This document shows positions 39,794 to 48,388 of a stretch of DNA of 54,679 bases, one piece after another. A program made the translations under genes and the position numbers. The stretch comes from an uncultured Bacteroidales bacterium (GTDB taxonomy: Bacteria; Bacteroidota; Bacteroidia; Bacteroidales; UBA932). Each line of letters begins with the position of its first letter. The first letter of the stretch is position 1. Location: positions 1-54,679 of the forward strand of contig CALADR010000255.1 in NCBI GenBank assembly GCA_937890845.1, in the 5' to 3' direction. The notes beneath the pieces were generated by a model, which was not told where the DNA came from, did no database searches, and saw nothing but the letters and a program-made list of their open reading frames with translations.

Positions 39794-40813
39794 ATGAATG
39801 TTTCCAAATTTTTGAGATATATATTTTCCCTGTCGGTAGCTGTTGTCTTGCTCTGGTTCTCATTCAGGGAGGTGAAGTGGGATGATTTTATTTCAGGACT
39901 CAGGTCATGCCGTTGGGAGTTCATTCTTCTTTCCATGGCGGCAAGCATAGCGGCATTTTATCTCAGAGGTTTGAGATGGAGACAGACCCTTCTGCCAATA
40001 GATCCTACTACCACGCGTCTGACGACATTCAATGCAGTAAATATCGGATATATTGCAAATTTTGTATTTCCCCGTATAGGAGAATTTGTAAGATGCGGGT
40101 TTATAACTAAGAATTCGGCTTCTTCAGGCCGGGGACATGAAAAACTGGCTTCGTATGACAAGGTTCTCGGTACAGTTGTTCTGGAAAGAAGCTGGGATAT
40201 GGTGAGTATGCTTTTCTTTTTGATTCTTCTTCTTGTATTCGGATGGAAACGGTTCGGGGAATTTTTCGTTGAGAAAATGTGGATTCCTCTGGAGCAGTCA
40301 CTTAATTTCAGCCTTTGGTGGATTGCTGCGGTATTGCTGGCCGTGGTGGCCGTTCTGGTAGGGCTTGTTTTGGGATTCAGAAAGAAAAACCAGTTCTGCG
40401 GGAAGATATACAGCCTGGCTTCCGGACTTTATCAGGGAGTCATAAGTTGTTTCAGAATGCCTGACAAGTGGCTTTTCTTTGCATATACGGCATTGATATG
40501 GGGGCTCTACTGGCTTATGAGTGCTTCTACTATGTGGGCTCTTCCGGAACTGGACCAGCTTGGAATCGTGGATGCGCTGTTTCTAATGATAGCCGGAAGC
40601 CTTGGCTGGCTTGTACCTGTGCCTGGAGGCTTCGGAGCTTTTCATTTTGTAGTTTCAATGGCACTCAGTACCATATATGGAATACCATTCGAGCTGGGAA
40701 TCATTTTCGCAACGCTTTCGCATGAGTCACAGGCTATAACAATGGCTCTTTGCGGAGGCGGGTCATATCTCTATGAAACACTCAGAACGAACAGAAAAAC
40801 GATACGAAAATAG
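39794..40813 (+). CDS. Lysylphosphatidylglycerol synthase TM-domain (flippase-like) protein
   Basis: LRGLRW, NIGYIANFVFPRIGEFVRC, GTVVLER, PVPGGFGAFH; -7 box TAAATTTG 39703-39710. Confidence 0.85.
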   Translation: MNVSKFLRYIFSLSVAVVLLWFSFREVKWDDFISGLRSCRWEFILLSMAASIAAFYLRGLRWRQTLLPIDPTTTRLTTFNAVNIGYIANFVFPRIGEFVRCGFITKNSASSGRGHEKLASYDKVLGTVVLERSWDMVSMLFFLILLLVFGWKRFGEFFVEKMWIPLEQSLNFSLWWIAAVLLAVVAVLVGLVLGFRKKNQFCGKIYSLASGLYQGVISCFRMPDKWLFFAYTALIWGLYWLMSASTMWALPELDQLGIVDALFLMIAGSLGWLVPVPGGFGAFHFVVSMALSTIYGIPFELGIIFATLSHESQAITMALCGGGSYLYETLRTNRKTIRK

Positions 40814-41417
40814 GAACGCTGACATCTGTCAAAACTCCGTTTATTATAGCTATTGGGAGTACTTTGTCCCCTGAAGCCTTGAGAATGACAGGAAGAGCTA
40901 CGTCTATTGATGTAACACCTGCAGAGGTTATAGGAGCTAACGGTCCGAACCATTTGGCTATCAGTGGAGTACATGTCAGTGTCGTTATTTCTCTGAATAC
41001 ATTTGTCATAAGGGCTACTGTAGCGAGTTCTGCTGCCAGTTGGACACCTGCGGATGCTTCTTTGTATTCGGAAATCAGAACAGAGGAAAGTGAGTAGTAA
41101 CCGAATCCGCTTCCTACTGCCATGCAGTCAAATACATTCCATTTGGCCAGAAGGAAACTGGCTGCAGCAGAAAATGACAATGTCCCGACAATTGTAGCCA
41201 ACGGCACAAGAAGTATTCTCGGCCTTACACTCTTTATTATACTTTTCAAGTCAGGATTACATCCTAAACTGACACCTACAAGGAACATCAGTATGTACAG
41301 TATGTACATGGCAATATCATTGCCTAATGTTCCCCATTGTCTCAAATCAACCAGTCCAGTCCATCCGGCAATGCATCCGACAATGAAAATACCTACTACG
41401 ATCAAACTTCCTTTCAT
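40782..41417 (-). CDS. LysO/DUF340 family exporter
   Basis: GSGFGYYSLSS, NVFRE, GVTSIDVALP. Confidence 0.85.
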   Translation of the reverse strand: MKGSLIVVGIFIVGCIAGWTGLVDLRQWGTLGNDIAMYILYILMFLVGVSLGCNPDLKSIIKSVRPRILLVPLATIVGTLSFSAAASFLLAKWNVFDCMAVGSGFGYYSLSSVLISEYKEASAGVQLAAELATVALMTNVFREITTLTCTPLIAKWFGPLAPITSAGVTSIDVALPVILKASGDKVLPIAIINGVLTDVSVPIFVSFFCSF

Positions 41418-41689
41418 ACCTGCTTATCCTTAAAAAAGAATTTATATACCAACAATGCGCATATCGCGCTCCCCAATATACCTGCCACTGCAAGCAACAG
41501 GGCCTGAAGTCCTATCCCTGAAAGATTCTTTATTATTTCCTCATCTGTTCCTATCTTGGCTCCAAGGACAAACAGCATGGCATATATCGTTAAAGAAATT
41601 GCCTTTCCAGTATGGGCCAGGAATTTTACCTTCTTCAACAGAAAGCCAAGACCTATCCCTATAAACATAGTTAATATTATAGATAGCAT
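41414..41689 (-). CDS. Small LysO-family membrane protein
   Basis: MLSIILTMFIGIGLGF...LFVLGAKIG; ATGA overlap with the downstream lysO; -7 box TACTTTTG 41718-41711. Confidence 0.7.
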   Translation of the reverse strand: MLSIILTMFIGIGLGFLLKKVKFLAHTGKAISLTIYAMLFVLGAKIGTDEEIIKNLSGIGLQALLLAVAGILGSAICALLVYKFFFKDKQV

Positions 41690-41815
41690 ACCGTAAATTT
41701 TTAGAGGCTGCAAAAGTACCAATAAAATCATGATGACAAAAATTTAAACAGAGTCCGGACAACTGGTGCTTACAGAAATTCTGACAATTTTATTTGGAAC
41801 TAATTAAAAACCGAT

Positions 41816-41850
41816 TATATTTGCGGTGTATTAGTAAAGTGATACACCGC
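41816..41850 (+). promoter_or_regulatory. -7 box TATATTTG overlapped by a 9-bp inverted repeat (GCGGTGTAT...ATACACCGC)
   Basis: Read directly upstream of beta-barrel gene 41926. Confidence 0.5.
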
Positions 41851-41925
41851 GAAATTTATGCGTTTTGAAGCTCAGAAGTTATTCTGACAGCTTTTTGGTT
41901 TGCAGATGATATAAAACAGAAAAGT

Positions 41926-44461
41926 ATGAGACAGATTGTTTATTTTATTGCAGTCATATTTTTAGTGGCACAAATGTCTTATTATGCTGAAGCGGGCTCT
42001 TCCGGAAGAAATTATTTCCGCAGTGGCTCGGAAGATAAAATTACTGTACTGAAAGGGAAAGTTCTTTCAGGATCGTCTCCTCTTGAATTTGTTACTGTCG
42101 CGCTTTCAGACTCCAGCGGTACTGTGATAGCGGGAGCTACGACAGATTCTGCAGGTGTTTATCGTATAGGATTCCCTTCCAGTGCAGGAGATTCCAGATA
42201 TTTGAAACTTCTTTTTTCACTTGTCGGCTATAAAGACAAAGTTATGGTTTTCCCGGATTCAGGTATTTCCGGTCAGGGTACTGCAGATATTGTAAGTATT
42301 GCTTCTTTAGATGGTGGAGTTGCGGTGATTTCCCCTGTATCAATGGAGGAGGATGCCCGGATGCTCTCGGAAGCGGTTGTCTCAGGCAAGCGTGCGCTAG
42401 TGGAGCATCAGTTTGATAGGCTGGTCCTGAATGTGTCGGAACTCGCTGTAGCTCAGACTGGTGATGCACTGGATGTCTTGAAAAGCTCACCGGGGGTTAC
42501 TGTTGATAAAGACGGAAATGTAAAACTTAACGGCTCCTCTGTAGCTGTGTGGATTGACGGAAGGCCGTCCAATATGTCAGGGGCTGATCTCGAGGCATTT
42601 CTTAAAGGCAGCGAAGGCTCTTCCATCGAAAAGGTGGAACTTATAACCAATCCGTCCGCAAAGTATGATGCAGAGGGAAGCGGAGGTATCATCAATATAA
42701 AGACGCGCAAGGCATTTATGAAAGGATTCAGCGGTTCGCTGAGGGCAAATTACGGAATGAGATTCTCTCCGAGAACTGTTTATTCCGGAGACTTTTCCGC
42801 AAATCTTATGTACAGGACTGACAAGACCAATACATCTTTTCAGTACAACCCTTCTTATGGAGAGTATGTCTATGGTGCTGATGAATGGAAAACATATGGT
42901 CCTGAAAACAGGATGCAGCAGGAAAGCAGCTCAATGAGCAAGACTGCCTACAATTCCCATCAGATACGCCTTGGAAATGACTGGAACATTTCCCCGAAAG
43001 ATGTGTTGGGAGTGATTTTTACTGCTACGGTTACTCCGGACAACAGGACATACTACATCGCTCCCAATATAATTAAGGACTATATTGCAAGTGAGTCTGG
43101 AAGCAGGCTTCCGTACAGCGAGCTTTCCGGGCAGAACAAATCCGTTTCCAAAAATGACTACTATTCGTTGAATGTAAATTATACCAGGACATTCGACCAG
43201 TCAAAGAGTCAGGAACTTACTCTCAATGCCGATTATTGGAGGAACGGAAGCAGAAGCGAGAGAATTTTCAGAAACGAATATACTTTCATTTCACCCGAAG
43301 CAGCGGCGGCAGGTGTTGCAAGTGAGGGGTTTGACGACAATATGCGCAGGATTCTGGACTTGTACTCTTTCAAGGCGGATTATTCACAGTCATTCTGGAA
43401 GCAGACAGGCAGGGTAGAGGCCGGAGTGAAGGCTGCCTGGTCATCTACCAGAAACCGTTACGGCAAATACGGTTACGACTTTTCTGCAGGAGAACTGGAC
43501 AAGAATGCCCGGCGCAATGACTTTGACTATGACGAGCAGGTGTATGCAGCCTATGTCAATTTAGCTAAAATGTTTTCTCCCAAATGGAATGCACAGATAG
43601 GCCTTAGGGGAGAATATACTCTTCAGGACGGAGACTGGCTTATGACTTCATCAGACGGGCGCAAGAGCCACAAGGAATATTTCGATGTATTCCCTAGTGC
43701 ATTTGTAAGTTATCTTCCTTCTCAGAAAGTAGTTCTTACGGCCAATTACTCATATAGGATATTCTTCCGGAACTCTGTATACGCAGGGAAATATGGAACT
43801 TGAGCCATCCTATAACCACAACGTATCAATGACGGCTGTGCTTTTCAGCCGGCTTTCACTTACGGCAGGGTATAGCAGGACAAAGAATTTCAGTGATGTC
43901 CAGACTCCTATGGTTGATGAGAACGGAGTGATGGGGCTTGTCTTTTCCAATGCCGGAAACTATCAGATGGGGTATTTTTCAGCCTCGCTCTCTGAGCTTC
44001 CTCTTACCAAATGGTGGAATCTTACAGTCAGCGCCAATTACGGATATTCCGAGTTCAGAGCGTACAAGTCCGCTGCTACAGATGCTTTCGGCGGACACTC
44101 TTTCAATGCCTATCTCGCCACAACATTCTTTCTTCCGAAAAATTTCAAGTTAGGTGCTGACGGCTGGGTGATGACACCTATGTCAATGGGTTATTTCGAT
44201 ATGAAGGCAATGGGAATCCTCAATATGAGCCTTATCAAGACCATTTGGGACGGGAAGGGAACTATATCATTGTATCTTAATGATATACTTAATACCGGAT
44301 CTACGGATATGCTTATAAAGAACAATGGTAAAGTGACCTATTCCCTTAGTCAGAAAATGTCAACGAGAGGCTTCCGTATAGGTTTTGCCTGGAGGTTCGG
44401 AACCGCATCCCAACAGAGCCGCCGCAATGTCGGGAAACTGGATGAAGAATCCCGCCTGTAG
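41926..44461 (+). CDS. TonB-dependent-receptor-like outer-membrane beta-barrel, split by a frameshift/deletion at about 43760
   Basis: Signal peptide, CarboxypepD-reg-like N-domain, plug motif SPGVTVD...IEKVELITNPSAKYDAEGSGGIINI, GLRGEYT, FPSAF; second frame continues GNMELEP...FAWRFG...EESRL. Confidence 0.8.
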
Positions 44462-44548
44462 ATACCGTCAGCCGAGTACAGGAATTTTATGTTGAAATAT
44501 TAGGAATAGAACAAAAGTTTGCTAAATTTACAGGCAAATTATTAGCCT

Positions 44549-44986
44549 ATGGCAGCTTTTCCGTACTATCGTCAGATGGATTCTATGGACTGTGGGCCTA
44601 CTTGTCTTAAAATTATTGCAAAATTTTACGGCAAGAATCATAGTCTTCAGAGTCTGCGTGAGAAGTGCCATATCACAAATGCAGGAGTTTCTCTTGCCGG
44701 AATAGCGGAAGTAGCTGAAAATATCGGTTTCAGAACCATCAGTTTGAAAATTAAATGGGAAGTATTCAGGGATGAAATTCCTTTGCCCTGTATAGTATAT
44801 TGGCAGCAGGCACATTTTGTAGTGGTATATGAAATCAAACGTCGTAAGAATAGATGTGAAGTGTTGGTTTCTGACCCGGCTATAGGTCTTCTGAAATATG
44901 ATGAAGAGGATTTTAAGAAAGGCTTAGGCAGTCAATATGGCATAGTTCCAAAAATGACAAGGATGAGCTTGTCAGAAATCGTGTAG
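44549..44986 (+). CDS. Peptidase C39 domain (N-terminus of a peptidase-containing ABC transporter), without transporter body
   Basis: QMDSMDCGPTCL (Q9, C15), GVSLAGI..AENIGF, LPCIVYWQQAHFVVVY (His), SDPA.G (Asp); similarity ends at about FKKG. Confidence 0.85.
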   Translation: MAAFPYYRQMDSMDCGPTCLKIIAKFYGKNHSLQSLREKCHITNAGVSLAGIAEVAENIGFRTISLKIKWEVFRDEIPLPCIVYWQQAHFVVVYEIKRRKNRCEVLVSDPAIGLLKYDEEDFKKGLGSQYGIVPKMTRMSLSEIV

Positions 44987-45014
44987 AAATATTAACCTCT
45001 TTAAATGTGATATT

Positions 45015-47289
45015 ATGATAAGAACGGTCATTACACTATTAGTATCTTTTTTGTGTATTAGCATATATGCGCAGGACACAAATACGGATAAGAAAGTTGA
45101 AATCATCGGAAGAGTTACGACCGCTGCCGATGCTGAGATTGAAGGGGCTGTCATTGTCGCCACCGGTGTCGGCGGTGTTGCCGGAGCTACGGTTACTGAT
45201 TCTACCGGAAAATTCACTGTTTCCGTAAGTCTTTGCGACAGTCTTGTCGTAGAAATTTCGCACCTTATTTATGAAGATAGGACAGTACTTTTGTCCGAGA
45301 TTTCCGCACCGGTTGATCTTGGAACCATTATTCTATCAGAAAAAAAGGAGTCTATACAGGAAGCGGTAGTAACCAGCAGTTTCATCAAGATGAGAGGTAC
45401 TGATATGCTTGTGGATGTCAAGGGAAATCCGGATGCAAAAGGCAAGAATGCTCTGCAGTTCCTGAATACTCTCCCGGGAATTAACGGTTTGCACATATAT
45501 GGTCAGGGACTCTCAAAAGTATATATAAATGACAGGGAACTTAAGCTTCCTAATGATCAGCTCTACAGCTATGTTGCCAGTCTGAAGGCTGAAGATGTGC
45601 AGTCAATACAGATTGTGACCAGAAAAGGAGCCAAATATGAGGCCGGTCATAAGGGAGGTGTGATACGTATAAGGATGAGTAAATCAGATAACAAGAGGCT
45701 CTCCGGAACTCTTTCGGTCCCGGTTTCTGTAAATACCTATGACGGGGCAATAACGACAGATATTCCGTTCATGCTTAACTATACGAACGGAAAACTTTCT
45801 TCCTATACATTTGCGAGCTTCCACTATATGCAAAATGAGAATACAAACTCCAGACAGATTTATGAGAATCGGGAGGAATGGAGCAAATCAGACAGGACCT
45901 TTATGTCAATGATGCTGGATCAGAGCCTTATATATGACATATCAAAGCGACACTCCTTAGGCCTTGCCTTGAATGGCTTCTTCAAGCCTTTTGAAAGAGG
46001 AGGGGCAACGAGTTCTTCATATACGACAAACGATGAGATAACCTTGGGTACAGGAAATGCGACGCTTACATACGACTGGAATATAGGAGACAGAGGGTCG
46101 AATATTTCATTTGCCGGGGACTATATGTACAGCAGAGACAAATACACCAATATATATGAAAGCAGCTCTGATTATGAAAAAAACACTTCGGGCACTGACA
46201 AGAATACATATTCCGTAAAACTGGATGGAGAATATATCTTCAAGGACGAGATTTCGACACTGGGCGGAGGACTTTTCTACTTGGGAATGGATGCAGGCGA
46301 GGATTTCAGTCAGGCAAATGTGTCAAGCCGATTTGATTACAATGAAGCGATTTACGGAGCTTACGTAGATTTTTATTCTTCGTTTTTAGACGAATCCCTC
46401 GACCTTGAATTGGGACTTCGTTACGAAAGTTCCGATATTACGTGGAAGTATTCAGAAAACATAAATGACAGAGTGGGAAATTCTGACAGGCATAACAGCT
46501 TTTTCCCTACAGCATCACTTTCATACTTTTATCCTAATGGAAAGCATTATACATCATTGAGTTATGAGCGTTATATTGACAGACCTACCATGCTTTCATA
46601 CGATCCTGCCACATATAGAAGCGGAGACTGGAAGTTTTCGCAGGGAGCCATTTACCTGAAACCGGAGTTTGAGAACAGTCTTTCTTTGACACATACTATT
46701 AACAGCAGCCATACCCTGTCGCTGTCATATATCTGGACCAAAGACATATATGAAAGAAAACGGAAACCTTATAGTGACGGAAGACAATGTAGGTTCTTCA
46801 AGGAAAGCTGAGCTCTATGCAAATACTAAATTCTGGCTTGTAAAGAAATGGCTGTACGCGCGTCTGACCGGAATATTTGACTATACAGGCTATATCAGTA
46901 AGGATTATGGCAACACTGATACATTCAATGCATATCTTTTTGCCAACCTTAATCTTTATCTGCCTAAGTCTTGGGCAATAGGCGTCAGCGGACACTATAG
47001 GTCGCCCAGCCTCTCCCCTACACAAAGGTATTCACATAGATATGGACTGGATGCTGCAATAAGCAAGTCGATAAATAAAAAAATCACACTGTCTCTCAGT
47101 GCGAGGAATATACTCAACAACGATTTTACGATGACATCAAGAATAAGCGGTGTGAATTACGAATATACCAAACACAGTAATTTCAGTACGGTAACACTAA
47201 CATTTGCCTATAACTTCGGTGTGTCCAACTTCTATGCAAAGAAGGCACACGGCAACAGTGATGTGCGTGAAAGAAGCAGCGGGAGATAG
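45015..47289 (+). CDS. Second outer-membrane beta-barrel protein, split by a frameshift at about 46750
   Basis: Signal peptide, VTDSTGKF CarboxypepD-reg-like domain, LNTLPGI...GAKYEAG..GGVIRI plug-like motif, LGLRYE, FFPTASL, LKPEF; second frame ends NILN...FAYNFG...VRERSSGR. Confidence 0.75.
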
Positions 47290-47302
47290 GCTATACCTTA
47301 AA

Positions 47303-47550
47303 ATGAACTTTATTATGGAGTAAGCCGAAAAGCCATTGCCATTCTCTCTCCCGAAGAAAGGAATAACACTTTAGGAGGAGAAATAAATGATGTAAGCAGA
47401 GCAAATGAAGAATGTTCTAACAATGAGGTTTGCAGGCGTAATGGTTATTGCGCAAATAATAAAGGCAAGTGCATTGGGAATGGTCGGTGTGTAGATGATA
47501 TTATCATTATACCTCCAACAAACCCGGCAAATTGTTTTTGTCAAGTTTAG
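47303..47550 (+). CDS. Putative RiPP/bacteriocin precursor: double-Gly leader plus Cys/Asn-repeat core (start needs a 1-nt correction)
   Basis: Not in the ORF track. Frame 47302-47550 reads NELYYGVSRKAIAILSPEERNNTLGG|EINDVSRANEECSNNEVCRRNGYCANNKGKCIGNGRCVDDIIIIPPTNPANCFCQV*. The nearest ATG (47303) is out of frame by one base. Confidence 0.72.
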
Positions 47551-47585
47551 TGAAACTTAGTGTTTCGCGATTTTTTCTATTAAAG

Positions 47586-47637
47586 CGTTGAAATGAAGGA
47601 GATTAGTGACATGTCACTAATCTCCTTCATTTCAACG
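47586..47637. repeat. Perfect 52-bp palindrome (probable bidirectional terminator / cassette boundary)
   Basis: CGTTGAAATGAAGGAGATTAGTGACA|TGTCACTAATCTCCTTCATTTCAACG is its own reverse complement. Confidence 0.9.
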
Positions 47638-48388
47638 TGAGTTCGACAGGGCAGTGGTCGGAGCCGAAGATTTCGTTATGGATGGATGCTCCTTCAAGCC
47701 TGTCTTTCAATCCTTTGGAGACAAGGAAGTAGTCAATGCGCCAGCCTGCGTTCTTCTCTCGTGAACGGAATCGGTATGACCACCAGGAGTAAATCCCTTC
47801 GGCATCAGGATAGAAGTGACGGAATGTATCCGTAAACCCGCTGTCAAGCAGTATTGAAAACTTCTCCCTTTCCTCATCGGTGAACCCTGCGTTCCTTCTG
47901 TTGGTCTTAGGGTTCTTGAGGTCTATTTCCTTGTGGGCTACGTTGAGGTCACCGCAGACAATTACCGGTTTCGTCTTTTCCAGAGAAAGGAGGTAGTTTC
48001 TGAAGTCATCCCCCCATTTCATCCTGTATTCCAGCCTGGCCAGTTCATCCTGCGAGTTCGGTGTATAGACATTCACCAGATAGAAATCTTCCATTTCCAG
48101 GGTTATTACCCTGCCTTCGTGGTCGTGCTCGTCTATCCCTATGCCGTAACTTACTGACAAAGGCTCTTTTCTTGTGAAAATGGCTGTGCCGGAATATCCT
48201 TTTTTATCTGCATAGTTCCAGTATGACCTGTATCCCTCGAAGACGGCATCCAGCTGTCCTGCCTGCATTTTGGTTTCCTGAAGGCAGAAGAAGTCGGCGT
48301 CAAGAGTCTTGAAACTTTCCTGAAAACCTTTTGTGTAGCAGGCTCTAAGCCCGTTTACATTCCATGATATGAATTTTAAAGGCTCCAT
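47627..48388 (-). CDS. xth: Exodeoxyribonuclease III (ExoA/Xth)
   Basis: [52 protein letters not shown]; own ATG at 48388; 253 aa. Confidence 0.93.
   Translation of the reverse strand: MEPLKFISWNVNGLRACYTKGFQESFKTLDADFFCLQETKMQAGQLDAVFEGYRSYWNYADKKGYSGTAIFTRKEPLSVSYGIGIDEHDHEGRVITLEMEDFYLVNVYTPNSQDELARLEYRMKWGDDFRNYLLSLEKTKPVIVCGDLNVAHKEIDLKNPKTNRRNAGFTDEEREKFSILLDSGFTDTFRHFYPDAEGIYSWWSYRFRSREKNAGWRIDYFLVSKGLKDRLEGASIHNEIFGSDHCPVELTLK

Noticed and set aside
41735..41787. Three GACAA motifs as LytTR-like direct repeats
   Set aside because: Short and irregularly spaced (23 and 25 bp); compatible with chance.
44470..44500. TTATGTTGAAAT as a dif-like XerD arm at the cassette edge
   Set aside because: Imperfect match and no recognisable XerC arm at 6-bp spacing.
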